DNA from: Callorhinchus milii
Lineage: Eukaryota
NCBI RefSeq assembly: GCF_018977255.1
Contig: NW_024704742.1
Span: 93,374,001 to 93,438,000 of the forward strand
DNA: 64,000 nucleotides
Direction: 5' to 3'
Positions 12,401 to 27,059 of the stretch are shown piece by piece; position 1 is the first letter of the stretch; each line of letters opens with the position of its first letter. Below the pieces are notes generated by a model that saw only the letters and a list, made by a program, of their open reading frames with translations, had not been told where the DNA came from and did no database searches. The translations under genes were made by a program, and so were the position numbers.

Positions 12401-14929
12401 TACAATGCAACATGTTGAAATGAATCTGAAATGTTGCCAGCGAATTTCCCCAATAACCCTGAGCTGAACGTTCTTTCTTGATGTTCTCATTGCTAATCCT
12501 ACGTTGCCAGTCTTCCCACCTGCTTAAACTAAATAAAAATCTTTCGGAAATCCCTACGGCTGCCTCAGCTGCTCCCAGGCCTTCCTTTTCTGGTCCTGAA
12601 GAAGGAGCCTCAGGCAGCAGGGCAAATTGGACGGCTAACTTGCGTACGTTTTGTTCAAATCGTGTTTAGAAGGCAAGAAAAATTGATATGTGTGTTCCTC
12701 GACCCATGCAGTTTCTGGTCAACATTCTTTATATACAAATTGAATACAATCGATTCAATTTGCATTCCTGAGCGTTTTGAAAATTATCAGCATTTTTGAA
12801 AATTATTCAACTTTTTGAAAATTATCAAATTATCAGCTGCATGATATGGTGCCTTATTAGTTCGTCAAGACCTCTCAAAGCCCTTCACAGGATATACTTC
12901 AAAGTGGAAATAAACTGCATTAATATAATCAAAACTAGATGTTTTATTCCCCTGCTTTTTCAGCCAGCTCTATTTTGTAGAGATTCCTTTTATCTTGCGT
13001 TGTGGTCTGAACTAAAAGTTTTGCACGAATTGTCTCGCTCTCCAATTCTCCTCCTATTGCTTTGACAAAGTTGCTCAATTCTATCTGCAGATACAGCTGA
13101 GATCAGAATCAGTACTGCAAGAGGGGACAGGAAATTGGAGAGAATAAAAATATCCACTATGTTGCTAAAAGTTTTATAGTGGTGGGAACTTGGCCAGTCG
13201 GTAAAGTCATCATCAAATGGGTACCTTTTTGGTGAAGCCAACTGCATTTGTGTCCAATCTAGGGCTTTACTCATAATAACAATATTAATAATAACGATGA
13301 AAATGATTCTTGAATTTTATGTAGCATCTATGACATTGAAACATCTCAAAGTACTTCACAGGTAATTGCCGTCAAGAGTTGTGACTGTGTATTTGTAGGT
13401 ATAAATGGTTGAGCAAGGTCACAGAGCCATAAAATGAATGATCAATATATAGAGGATTGATATACCCTGAGCTGGCGGCTGCTGGGGGGTGGTGGGGGAG
13501 CTAGGCAGGGTTAAATCACAGCAAAAGGCGGGGGTGGGGAGAATCATTGGAGTGGGATTCAGGGGATTCTCTGAGAAATTCGGACAGGAGCTTACCTGGC
13601 TGGTGTCACAGCAGCTCCTCGAAGCAGTTCCAGTTGCTGTCAATTTTTTTACACTGGGGTCTAATTCACAAGTTGTGCTAAGCAAGTGAAGTGCGGTTGG
13701 AATGACACCGGTGGTCCTGTATCTACCCACTATCTTCTCACCCCCAACTACATTTAAATCCTGTAACTACACAATCACAGAGCCCAGTATTGAAACATTG
13801 TACTGTTTTCTTTTCACCTCCTGAAACAACATTTGAATGCATTTGACCACTGAATGTCAATATATCTTTTTAAATGGTTGCTTCTGTTAATTTAACAGCT
13901 CCCTGTACTCATTTTGTGCTACTATTTGTCTCCATTCACATTAAACAGTCTCATTAAGTGTCAAGAAGCTAAATCGATATGGTACCTTTGAGTACCATTT
14001 GCTCTGTCTAATAATCCATCATTTTACTTTAATGCACTCTGTGAAACACAATACACGGTTGTAATGTATGAGCAGAATAAACAGTCTTTAAGAACATTTA
14101 TCAGACATGGCAAATTGCACATTTGATCCTCAGTCTATGCAGATTCAGAGCTAGAGTTAAGGAGAAGTGGAAAGCACAAATTCACCTCGTTTTTTTATGG
14201 TATTTTGTTAATCTACTTGATACATGACATGGTCGGGGCCAAAACTCACTGATTATAACCACAACTTACATTTACATAGTAAATTTCAAGTCATAAGGAC
14301 ATCTCATATTGCTTCACACAATTCACTAGACGCCTTACTGGGGGGCAGGAGAGAACTCTGCTTGCAGAGTCTTCCGAGCTTTTGTAGGAAGCAGCTGAAC
14401 TATCTGGTGAGTGGGACATTGGAATAATGGAGCTGGGATGTGATGAAGGCACAGATGAGTCTATTGACGGCACAGTGGGAGAGGTAGTGGTGGAGACAAG
14501 CAATGTTGCCAGAGTAAGGATGCAAACCTCATCTTAACGAAAAAAACATGTGAACATCATTCACAGTTACTATATCAATTACACTCCTGAAAATGCAACA
14601 ATGTATATGTTCCCCAGCCTCCCCAGGCAGATTGTTCCACTTGTTCCACCCTCTGCATAAAGTAGTTAAATCTCAACTCTTTGTTCACATTCCCCACCTG
14701 AGCTTGTTTCATTGACCTCTGGGCAATTGTTGGGCACCTCACGCATTTATTATTTACTCTGGTTAGATTTTGCATGAGAAATTCCCCCAACAGATTCCAT
14801 GGGGATGTGATGAAAGAGGATGGATCAGTTTATTAATAATAATAATAAAATAATAAAAGTAGCCGTTGCATTTGATATAGCACCTTTTGTGTAAGAGATT
14901 GTCTCTAAAGTGTTTTACAGGATTCACTG

Positions 14930-15120
14930 TAATAATAATAAAATAATAATCCTTGCATTTGATATAGCGCTTTTCACGTCGGGAGGACGTCCCAAAGTGC
15001 TTCACAGAACACATTGTAAAGTGAATTGACTGTATATTTGTGGGCGAATGCGGCAGCCAATTGCGCACAGTAATGTCCCACAAACAGTCGTAGATTGAAA
15101 ATGACCAATTTAATTATTGT
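14930..15120 (-). mobile_element. Young SINE, 5'-truncated
   Basis: 3' half of the family. Confidence 0.85.
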
Positions 15121-17259
15121 AACGTGACTGTGTATTTTGTAGGTAAATTAAATAAGCACTTCATCAAAATCTCTTGCAAATTTCATATGAAAATGAAGCA
15201 TCAACACACAAGCTTGGATGGGCAATTCAAATCCACCTGATATGCAAGCCAAGTTGAACCAGCCAAGTCAGTACTAACTCTGGAAGGAATTGTATTCATT
15301 TGCTCACCATGGGGATGCAGATAAACAAACAAGGCTTTTGTAAGATGGTTTGCTTCATTGTAACCTTTAGATTTAATCAACTCTTTTTGGTTACCAAGAT
15401 GGAGAGGTTTAACAAATCAAGGCTGGTAAATCCACAAAGGCTGCACGATGAGCTGGACGTCTCGTTCATATAGCCCAGCATCATCAACGGATTAAACATT
15501 GAAAGCTTGTCCTCAGGTTCAGCTGTCAAATGCAGATCCCAGCTGGAATATCTCATAGGTCAAAAGCATCTTTGAACCTGTGATCAGATTAGATCTTGGA
15601 AAACACATGGAAGATGTTGCACTAAACATAGCAATGGATCATTATCTGCTATGAAAATGATGTCGCTCACACCGATCCTCTGGACATATAAATGCAGTTA
15701 AACACTTGTACTGACTACAATTAGGTACTAAATACAATTATCATCATTCTTCCACATGTTTCAGTTGCTGGTCAGTGCACTGTAGAAAAAAAATGGGGGG
15801 TAATAGGACTTTGTGGATATCCTGTAGCGCTGGAGCAGAGCTTCAATGAGTCAACAAGAATTCAAATAGGATCCCTCACTAAGGAATTCTGTTAAGAAAT
15901 ACAGTCCTGCCAATTAAGCCCCAAGGATAAACATTGAGAGAGATGCTACAGAATCTGTAATCATTACTTTCAGACCATGCTCTCCTCTGCTGAAGGTAGC
16001 CACTCTGGCTGGGGTACAAATCCACAGTCACCAACAGTTCCTTAGTCATAAAAGAACCTAGGTGGCAAGTATCACCAGGCTATTTCAAACAATGGTGGGC
16101 AGGGAGTGGGGATAGAGTGAAAACATGTGATCCCAATCCTGGTATTTTTCCAGCAGGATTGTTACCTGCAGCCTGTTGACCCTGAGGCATTTCTAGTCTG
16201 TATAGTAACACACGATTTAGTGCATTTATCCCCTTAGCCAATGGTAGAGACTATGCTATAGCCTCCTGCAGTTTTTAAAGGTAAATTCAGCAACCATTTT
16301 GCTCCCAGAAATAGCCATGAGGTCAAATGACTGACCAATCTAGCATGCGCATCTTAAGAACTCCCTTCTCATTTTGAGTAGTGCCATGGGTTCTTTAACA
16401 TCCAACTGAAGAACATCCAGTAATGAGGGAGCCAGCACTTTGGGACGTCCTCCCAATGTGAAAGGCGCTATACAAATGTAATCTTGTTCTTGTTGTACTG
16501 TACTACACTGTCAGCCTTAACTAACCAGTACATGCGCAACTCCCTGAAATCTAGTTATAAGTACCCCTCTGACTCCCTGGCAGCTCATTACAACACGTGT
16601 TTGAATTATATTGGTTCAGTGATTCCCTGATATTCCAGAGGCAGACATCTGTTCCAGGTCCTATGAGGTTAGTGAGTGTACAGAGTTCCCCATTGGTATA
16701 GTGGACTGCTGTTCCCACTTATATTGTGGCTCATCCTTACTATTTTATGTCTAGACATAATAAATGTCCACAATAAATGTCCAATTAACTTGGAAGTAAA
16801 ACACCTGGAATTCATTATAAACTCTGGGGCATAAAGACAAGCAACACAGATCAAAGCCAGAGTTGCTCAGCCTTTCCAGCCTGGAGTTTGCACTTTTGTG
16901 ACTTTGGTGCAGCAGAGGTTAAAGATCCATTAGTGCAGAAGCCATTTTTTAAATATATATCAGGGGCAGGTTCTTCACTGCTCAGAGCAGAACAGTGAAA
17001 CTGGGGGTTGGAATCAAGAGGGTTGGAGGATAAGGGGGAGTGAGGGTGGGAATGTGGCACGGTCAAAGTGGAAGGTCTTCAGACAAAAGAGTATCATTGT
17101 TTCACATCAGTCATCGTATTCATGTCAGTCTCCACGCATCAGCTGAGAAAACTGTAATTCACCATTGGAGAATCCACAGAATTCCTAACGTCTTCTGTGA
17201 GGCTCAGCATTAATTACAAAGAGGACATCAAGGTTTAGGTTGTCCTTTCAGACTGATAA

Positions 17260-17608
17260 AATAATAATAACAACAATAATCCTTGCATTTCATATAGCGC
17301 CTTATCAGGTCTTCAAGAGTCTCAAAGCGCTTCACAGAATATACTGTAAAGTGAATTGACTGTATATTTTTTGGGCAAAGTGCGACAGCCAATTGCGCAT
17401 AGCAATGTTCCACAAACAGTCGTGGATTGAAGTGACCAATTTATTATTGTTATTTTGTTTTGAAGGAATTATTATCCCAGGAAAAGCGATCCGCCAATCG
17501 ACTAACAACCAGGTTCCTACTTACTGCTAGGTAAACAGGGGCATGTGTGTGGCGTAAGGAAACTTACCCAACATTTCACCCTGCCGAGAATTGAACCCAG
17601 GTCTCGCG
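17260..17608 (-). mobile_element. Young SINE, long subfamily, head truncated
   Basis: Includes the tttacctagcagtaagtaggaacc module. Confidence 0.85.
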
Positions 17609-19189
17609 AAAAGAAGAGCGGTGTAGCACTGTCCCATCAGCAGAACGTCTCAAAAGTGCTTCACAGGATTTACCATAAAAGTGCAGTGAGTGTGTATTTT
17701 GTGGGCTAACATGACAACCAATTTACACTGAGCAATGACCCACAAATAGCCATGGCGTGAATGGCCAATTTTATCTGGGGGATTACTTTCAGTGATTGAA
17801 ATTTCCACAGGTTAGTGTGACATCTGCAGTTACTGGCAGGACCACTATTCATGACTCTCTTTATACATTGCCACATTCAATACTTCGCAAAAGGAAAAAG
17901 GCAGACAATGTGCTACAAGTAGGGAAAGTTAATGGAAAGGAGAGCTCTCATTGAGGAGACTCATTCAATTATTAGTGGTTAGTTTTCACAGTGACTTTGG
18001 CAGGTGGTGGATAGCTGTTCTGTTTGATCTATTGGTCTCTTGGTATGTGACACTGGAAAAGGGGAGAGGAAATGAATTGGAGTTAAGGGAGAAAATGAAT
18101 TTACATTGGGAAATTCCATTACAAACATGCAATGACAATTGGCCGCGTGTCAAGAGCATAGCATGATAGTCGCCATTGTCCACTTGGAGTAAAAACAAAC
18201 TGAAAGGTTGTGTTCGTGGCAATGGGGAAAAATAAATTGGACATGCATGTGATTTTAAATTTCCCCTTTATCCTATAAATGTATGGCAAACTTCCTAAAA
18301 ATATCCCTAGTCCTTGACTGCAATGCTACTTCATGCTGAACAGCAAGGAGATCTGCTTTAGATAAAAAAAACTGCAAATACTGGGCAGCTAAACTAAAAG
18401 CAGAGAGCGCTGGAATTTCAGAGGGTTGACCAGTATCTAAAAGAGAAAAATAGGTCAATGTTTTAGATGAAAGCCCTTCATTAGAGATGAAGTGATCCTA
18501 GCTGCTGGTCAGAATGACCTGCATTATCTTTTCATTTCTTAGAAGTAGGATACTGCAGAATTTCTGTCAGAATGAGCTTTGCTCGGTTGAACAGGGATCT
18601 AATCTCAATGCAAGATGAGTGATTGTGTATTTGTGGGCAAACACAGCAGTCAATTTGCACTCAGCAATGACCCACAAACAGCCATGAAGTCCCTTTAGTT
18701 TAGCCACCACTATTAGTGTGAGGACTTGTACTTAAGTCTATGCTGCCTCTGATATAGTCTCAGTATTCTAAGCCTTGTTTCAGGCAGCTGAAGTTAGCAG
18801 ATATCAGCTGTATTGCAATTTATAAAATCACAAGAGATTTGGGTAAAGAAGCTTCTTCAGACCATTTAATCTTCCAAAACACTAAAATACTACCTTCCTA
18901 ATACAGCATTTTCTGATCTAAGCCATTTTTTAAATGTGTCTATTGTCCAAAAAGAAGGGCATTTCTCCTGGTGGCCCAGTCAACAATACATAAAATTTGC
19001 GTACAAACGCGATAGGCCAAATGCCCGCCTTCTGCCTGTAAATGTCTACAATTTGTACAAATGATGTCGTACATTTCTATCGTTCCATAGAAAGGAGGGG
19101 ATGGAAGGAAAGTAGCAGAAATAAAAGGTCAGGAGAACAATCAATCATTAGTGACGTGAGAAAAAACAATATTGGTGACATGACATTTG

Positions 19190-20480
19190 AGACAAGTACA
19201 GTGTAGTTAGTGACAGACATGGAGCTGAATGTCAGAGTAGAGGCGAGAGTGAATGCTGTTTACATCAAGGCAGCATTTGACTGAGTCTGATACCATACAG
19301 CTGTAGCAAAGATGAGGTCAATAGAGGTGAGGGGGAAAACTCTCCTGGGACTGGAATAATACCTCACATGTGGGAAGGTAGTTGTGGTTATTGCAGGACA
19401 AAAATTATAGGCCCGTGACATCTCTGTAAGAGTTCCTCAGTCCTTGACCCAACCCTGTTCAGCTGCTTCATCAATGACCTTCCCTCCCTCGTAAGGTCAG
19501 GAGTGAGACAGTTCAGATGATTCCACAGTGTTTTGTTTATGATCACCTGCATCAAGACTTGGATAACAAGCAAGCTTAAGTTGACAAGTGGCAAATGACA
19601 TTAATACCACATAAATGCCAGACAATAACCATCACCAGTGAAAAGAACCCAGGCATCTGCCCATGTCCTTCAATAACACAACCACCATTGAGTCCCTGAC
19701 CATTAACATGCTGGGATCACCGTTTACAAAACATTTTACTGAGATAGCCACAAAATACCATGGTTACATGATTAGGGCTTAGGCTGGACACTCTGCAATG
19801 AGTGGCTCACCTCCCAACCCCTCAAAGCCTCTCTACTATCTACAAGGCTCAAGTCAGGAGGTTGAGGGAAAACTTTGAGAGGGTGTCCCAAGGTGCCGGA
19901 CATTTGAGGGTTTGCACCCGAGACCAATGCCTGCCGAGCGGAGGGAGTGGGTGCGTTGATAGGGTTCAAGAAGGTCACAGAGGTAGGGTGGGGCAGGACC
20001 ATGGAGGAATTTAATAGTGAGGACAAGGATCTTGAACTGAATTCTCTGGTTTGAGAAATTGGAATCATCATAATCATCCAAGAGAGAACAGTTTGCTTAA
20101 TCAGCAACTTGGCTACTCGTCATCAACTTTCCCTTCCACTGAGTAGTGTGATTTCAGCATATACTATCCACACAATAACCTACAGCAACTCACCAACTTT
20201 GCTTCCACAGCAACTCCCATCTCTGCAAGCTCCACCATCCAGAAAAGTAAAGGCAGCACCTCCAAGCTTCCCTCCAAGTCACTCACCATCCTAACTCGCA
20301 CATATATAATCACCGCACCTTCATCATCATGGGTCAAAATCCTGGAACAGAACAACATTGTGGGAGCACCAACACTGTAAGGACTGCAGCAGATTAAAGA
20401 AAAACCTCACCACCACCTCCTCACAGTCACTAGGAATGGACAATAAATGCTGTGCCCTGCCAATGTTGCCAGCATCCTGA
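19190..20480 (+). mobile_element. CR1-like LINE remnant (RT to 3' end) with a nested antisense L2 fragment at about 19875-20055
   Basis: Decayed RT-like peptides (KAAFD, LFSCFINDLPS, LSTIYKAQVR). The nested piece reads RIQFKILVLTIKFLHGPAPPYL on the minus strand. Confidence 0.7.
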
Positions 20481-20819
20481 GACACAGTTAGAAAAAAAAC
20501 ATTCATCACTGTCCCATCAATAGCCATTAACACAAAAAAACACCTGTTAAACAGTCATTAACAACAGTCATCACATCAAGCTCAGACCAGAGGAAGCTTG
20601 CTCACAGCCTTTAGCACAACTGTTTAAACTGGGTGCATGGAAATAGATTATCTGTCTTTTTACTGAAAGATCATTCAACATTGGCAGCCCATGGCCGGTT
20701 ATAATACTTTCTCAATACATTTCCTGTGGCCAGAAACCTGTAATGAAAACTCTTTCACCCTGTAATGAAGATAATCATAGGTTTGGCTTCAAAACCTGAT
20801 TTGAAACCTGTGTTTAGGT

Positions 20820-21110
20820 AGTGCGGTAGCATAATTAGGGTTAGTTAGGCGTGCTCACCTCATAAGCAATAGGACCGGTAGCTCCCTTTCCAGGGTAATA
20901 ATCCCAACCCCCACACCCCCACTGCCCAAAATGTGCTCACTCAATCCAGGACAATTTATCGATCACTGCTGTGCACAATTGGCTGCCGCGTTTCACCCAC
21001 AAAATACAGAGTCAATTCACTTTACAATATATTCTGTGAAGCACTTTGAGACGTTTCAACAACGTGATAAGGCACTATATAAAATGCAAGGATTATTATT
21101 ATTATTATCA
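20820..21110 (+). mobile_element. Diverged copy of the SINE family
   Basis: Degenerate head, recognisable 3' half and tail. Confidence 0.7.
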
Positions 21111-23243
21111 TAATTATTTTCCCAGAGGGAAGTATACCCGGACCCTTCTGATTGTCAGGTGCCCCATTATTAACCTAAATAATGTTTGGGCAACTGGAAC
21201 AAAAGACCAGGAGCAAAGTCATTCATTATTCAGGATCATCTCCCGGCCTCTGAAGCTGTTAAGTAGTATCCCTGCGATCAGGAAAAACCTCTAAATAGTA
21301 CGAGCGTGCATGAAGAGCATGACGTCATTGCATCGTTTACACAATGGTATGCTACCCTTTGTGAGGAGCACTATATAAATGCAAATTGTTGTCATTGTTG
21401 TTTCTACGTTCAAAACACATAGGTCCAGAATGAAAATCATAAACCCCAGCTTTTCAGAATGCAAAGGCAATAGCTGCACTATAAATAGATGTTCAAGGGT
21501 CAGCACCTCTATAAAGCGATAATAAAATGTACAATTTTTGCCTCAACAGAATTGTCACAAAATCACTATCTCTTGCAGGTGAGAGCTATTCAACAGTGTG
21601 TTATATCCTTGACATATCCTTGACATTCCCCTGACGTGAAAAGCGATGCCTAAAATGCAAGGATTTTTTATAGACTATTCTGCACCATGACATACCATGT
21701 GTCCAGAAGAAATTAGATATGTGTTTGGTTGCATAATTAACAACCCACAAAATAATTTATTGATTGTATAATTAACTAATCCTTGTCCTTTGTAATTATA
21801 TCATTAAGGTAATTATAGAATATATCATTTGTAATTATATCATTAAGGTAATTAATGATTACCTGTGATTCTCTCTCTACACATGGTTTACACATTGTAC
21901 ACTTACACATGATTTACACATGGCACATAATAAGCCTCACTGATGCCAATAAGTTTCCAAATAGTATTGTTTAAAAAAATGCCAATCTGACACTGAACAT
22001 GCAATACATCACCACTTTGACAAATAGGGTCATACTTCTGTGCTGTTACATATGTAGTCTATGTAGAGATAATATGTTTTTATAACATTTGATACACAAT
22101 TCAGAAGAAACAGCCTCCATCCATTTCATACCAGGCCACCTTTTTTTAACTCTGCAAATAAGTGGCAACAATCTTTGTTTATGAAATCTCACCCGGGGCT
22201 GCTGTCAGGTGTTGACAGATATGATAGCTTTCCTGAACCGATGAACTAATCGACAACATGTATTGCGGCTGACACCTGTGAGCGGCAATACTGTCAACAA
22301 CTTGACAGAGAGCAGCCATAATTGGGAAGTTCCTCATGTTATAACTGGGTGCACGAGGCTTTGCATGTTTTGCTCTGTGTGTCGAACCATTCCCAATTCA
22401 CAGTACCAACTGCTGGGGCAATCCTTTTACCAGCTGGGAACTGGTATAACAGGTGAAATTGTTTAGATTGCTTATAACAATGCCACACTTTGTCCAAATT
22501 GCAATACCTAAATTAAAAGAATCATATTAATTTACTCTGAGTTTATAGGAATGATTTTTACTAACATTGCAAAGATCACTGCAAGATTCTCCCTCCTCCC
22601 CTGGTGTCCCATCACCCCACCCCCATGTTTGATGCTTTTTGTGGTCCCTCTCATGATATAGAACCACTTATTAGCTGGCACATCTAAGTTACAGATCGTG
22701 CCATCAGAACATAAAGCCAGAATATGTTAAGTGGATCATATCCAGTTCTATCAGATTTCACCAAGTACATTAACTAAGAATGATAATGACTAGCCTGCTC
22801 CAGCAAAAACAACAACTTGTATTTATATTGCGGCCTCACACTGCGACATGTCCCGGAGCAAAGGGATGTTCAACTCCAAACGAGAGTTTCAGTTTGGGGC
22901 TTTGGCTCAATTTGGTATCAGACTCATCCTCCTTCATTACCCAAAGGTCTCCAGTGTTTTGGATACAGGTATCTGTGCAGGTAACAGGTGAAAACCAATT
23001 GGGGCAGTCAAGACAGAACTGGGAAGTGTTTTTTTAATAAAAGTTGTAAATTTATAGTGTCTTATAATGACCAACCTTTCAAATGGCTTTACACAAGGTA
23101 TCAGCCTGGCTCATTTGGTAGCACCCTCGTCTTTGAGTCAGAAAGCTGTGAATTCAAGCCCCATCGTCTAGGCTGCGATTGTATTGTATTGTTAAGTAAA
23201 AGGAAGCCAGACGGCCACTCCAGTTCTGATTCTGCCAGTTAGT

Positions 23244-23542
23244 GGAGTCTTGTAGCTCAGTGGTTAGAGCACTCATTTCGCAAGCGAGAGACCCGGTAGG
23301 GCGAATCCTTGGGCAAGTTTCTTTACTCCACATGCCTGATAATAATCCCTCAAGAAAAAAAGCAGTAATAATTTGGTCACTCAATCCACGACTGTTTGTG
23401 GGACACTGCTGTGCGCAATTGGCTGCCACCTTTTTTCCCACAAAATATACAGTCAATTCACTTTACAATGTATTTGGTGAAGCGCTTTAAAACGTCTAGA
23501 AGACGTGAAAAGTGCTATATCAAACACAAGGATTATTATTAT
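23244..23542 (+). mobile_element. Young SINE, short subfamily, B-box partly deleted
   Basis: Family similarity. Confidence 0.88.
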
Positions 23543-23639
23543 GTTCCAAATCGAGATACTAAATCTAACAGCAGGAGTCCATATAAAACCTCACAATGTA
23601 TTCTTCCAACAATAAAACACCAAGAGGATAGCAATTATA

Positions 23640-24730
23640 AGTGACCCAAACGGAGTTGAGAACAGAAGATGGCAAACATTTTAAATGACAACTTCCTGAA
23701 GGATTTTAACCAAGGAGGATATAAAGAGTATCTATCTTTGGGGGGTTGAAGTTTGCAAGACAGACTTTCGAGATGAGCTCAAGGGACTGAAAACCACAAA
23801 TACCCGAGAGATTTATAGTCCATGGTACTTAAAGAGATAAGGCAGAAGATTTGTGAATACTGACAGACGTTTAGAGTCCATCCATAAACAATGGTGAGGT
23901 TTTAACAGCCTGGAAACAAGCTAATGTGATTTCCATAAGCTGCCTTGTAAACATCATTTAATAACGATGACAGAGCCACACCTGGGAATTACAGCCCCAT
24001 TAATCTGACTGCCCCAATTGTTGGAAAACAAATGGAATCAATCATTAAAAGCAAAATGGAAGCTTACCTCTTTGGAAACAACCTAATAAATGACAACCAA
24101 CATGGAATCAGAAAGGATAGATCTTGCCTGATAACCTTCCAGGCTTGTTGAAGAGATAACATCTGAAATTGATCGTGGGAAACCATATGATGCAGTGGAT
24201 TTATACTTCCAAAAAGGACTTTGATAATGTATCACATTAGAGACTCTTACGTATTAATATCACTGAGGAGAACAAGGGCAATAAATGGACACAACTTGGT
24301 AACTGGCTGAAGGAAAGGAAGCAGTCATTAGGGAAGCCTGTCTAGAATAGGAAGGAAAGGGGATATTTTGAGTTACACTTCTCTTCAGGAGTCTGGAGTG
24401 GCTCACCCCCTATCCATGTCATTATTGTACTAGATATATAAACAGCTTTGATTTGCAGACTCCGTGCAAAGTAGTTACATTTCCAAGTCACACCAAAGTT
24501 GCAGAAACTGTGGATTCGGAGGAGGCAGTTAATATCTTAAAAAGAGAGCTTGACAGACTGATGAATGGATAATGAAGTATACTGCAGATTAAATGCAAGG
24601 TCCTGCCTGCAGGTAGCAATAATAATAGATGGTGCATGTACCCTATGAATGAACAAGAGGAAAGGAAGTTCAAAGAGACTTAAGAGTGTTGATTGATGCA
24701 TCACTCACTGTCTTCAAACAGAATGAAGCA
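23640..24730 (+). mobile_element. CR1 LINE RT remnant
   Basis: Decayed WKQANV, GNYSPINLT, NLINDNQHGIRKDRSCL and YDAVDLYFQK motifs with stops and frameshifts. Confidence 0.8.
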
Positions 24731-26679
24731 GCAGGGAATGAAAACACTGGCAGAAAACTGGTCCCCAAATTATTTCTAAATTTAAGACTTTTCCAAAACT
24801 CTTGTAAGCTAAATTATTTAGGAGAATAGTTTTAAGATTATGAGCAATACATTGTTTGTGCTTCTGAACCTTGCTCAGAGTCTAATATCCTCCTGCATGC
24901 ATAGCCATTGTCCCTGTCTGAGTGATCATCTTCCTTGGTTGAAGGTAAGTGGGGTCTCCTTGTCGTTGAACTGGCTCCAAAGTGACATGTTTGAAAAAAA
25001 GGAATGTCAGAATCAAGTCAATCCTCTGTGGCGGACTTGGTAGTCTGGCTCCTAAGATAGGTGGGCCTGCCGTACTCCAGGATATCACTGACAACAGCCA
25101 GCCTGGCTCATCAGCAGGATTTGGAGAAGCAGACTTTGTGGTAGGGATTCTTCCCACTCAGCTCCTGTTAACCCTGCAAGTCAAAGCCCTAATGGGTAGG
25201 GTGGTCCTAACTGGACAAGCAGCAAGAAAGCTTGCCAGACAGTGATATCAGTGGCAAGCTTGTGGTTTTAGCTGGTTAGACTCCAGCAGTACCCCAACGT
25301 ACACTTTGGAGTCCCAGGCCTTGCCTCTTGCCAACCTGCATCTAATATACTCCAGAATTAGAAAAGCAGGATGTGTCCGTCCAGGGAGTGATATGATTCA
25401 TCATTGTGTCACTTATGCAACAAAGTCATATCTTTCTATACATGTGAAGAATGGCAGTCCTCCACACGTGCAATCATGCATTCATCCCTCCATTCTGAAG
25501 TGTGGCGACAAATTCAGGGAAGGCATGTGTGTGGGTGGGTGGGGGTAAGAAGGAGGGGTGGTGCTGAGGGGGACTGAATGAAATTGAAGCTTGACTGTAT
25601 CAGTGCTGATATGTTAACATGTTGACGTTGCAGTCCACACTACAGGAACCACCTGATAAACTTGGTGATGGTAATACAGTATAAACTTATAATATATATT
25701 TAGAAAAACGGTTGGTATAAGCAAGAGAGTGCTCTGGATTGAAGGTGTTTGGATGTTGAGTGGAATTATATATTGAACATAGATAAATTTGTAAGGTTAA
25801 ATCACCCCTGTCTAACCCCATCATTTGAATTAGTTGCTTATCAGGAATATTGGCTCAGCTGGAGCTTGATTCGAAATGAAGAAAGTAATTTTACTGTGGG
25901 TGTGAAAGTGAGTTTATCATTTACAGAAAATAGCTATCATCTCCATTAAAGTTTACACTCAGCCGGATAATTCAATCAGTTGAATAATGGATTTAGGAAT
26001 AGAAGACTCCCAGAGGGTCTATTCTCCCTTTCAAGGTCGATGCATACACATACAGATACTCTCCTTATTATTTACAATTTTATTTCCTGGTCTCAACCTG
26101 TTGTCTGAAGCAGGTCAGTGTGTGTCGGGCAGCATGAAAACACATGACCATCCTACAGGGGTTGGTTGAGCACGCATGCCTCGCTCTAATTTGGGGTTTG
26201 AATCCACAACCTTTGAACCAACTGAGCCTAACTGACACCAAAGCGAATGATCTTTTGTGAATCTGCTGTCAGCAGGAGATCCTCTGTGTAAATCAACTTG
26301 CAACGTGGATGAAATAGGAAGTTTCAAAGTTCCTGGTGCTGAAGTGAACCCGATACCAGAGAACGAACTTCCACTGACAGGTGCAGTTTACAACTTTACA
26401 AAACATAAATATTTGTTTTCTTCGCTGTTCTTTCCCTATTTCTCTTTCCCCATTACCCACGTTTTCACGACTAAGACCAATACTGGCGCAAATGCTCACT
26501 TTCCACCAGAGTTCATTGGATAACAAACAGGAAAAAGGAGCCTGGTTGATTTTGTCTTCCATAGCCCAGCAACAAGGAAGTCCACATTAACATGCTCCTC
26601 CGTCACCCCATTTAAGATCATCTACTTTGACAGAGACTGGAGATTGAGCTTGAAACCTTTCCTGGTCTATAGCACAATA

Positions 26680-27059
26680 CAGTAAAACTCGCATAAGTCG
26701 TATCAGTTGGGACCAAAATTGGAATTTATTTGACTTAGTCAAATATCTACACTGCGCTTGTGTATTTCAATGCAGCTGGTAAGTGCAGTGCATGCGGTGA
26801 CCGGTTAAGACAAATTTTTCGCAATTCAATGCAGCCGGTAAGTGTAATAGCGCAATATGAGTTAGGAGACAACTTGCTTAGGACTTAGGATGTATTTAGG
26901 ACCAAGAAACTGTTACTATTTCGCTGTTTATCCAATTTATAGCATACAACTAGTGCAAATAAAACTGCTTTTTAATAGGGAACTAAATGGGATTCAAGTG
27001 CATGTATGACCTCGGCAATTACACAATTTATAAAGATAAGACTTACATGACTTTTACTG
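26680..27059. mobile_element. Tc1/mariner-superfamily (pogo/Tigger-like) MITE
   Basis: 25-bp imperfect TIRs starting CAGTAAAA (20/25 identical), TA on both flanks. Confidence 0.7.

Noticed and set aside
13590..13720. Strong minus-strand donor (cttacctg) in a GC-richer patch
   Set aside because: No supportable coding frame or acceptor.
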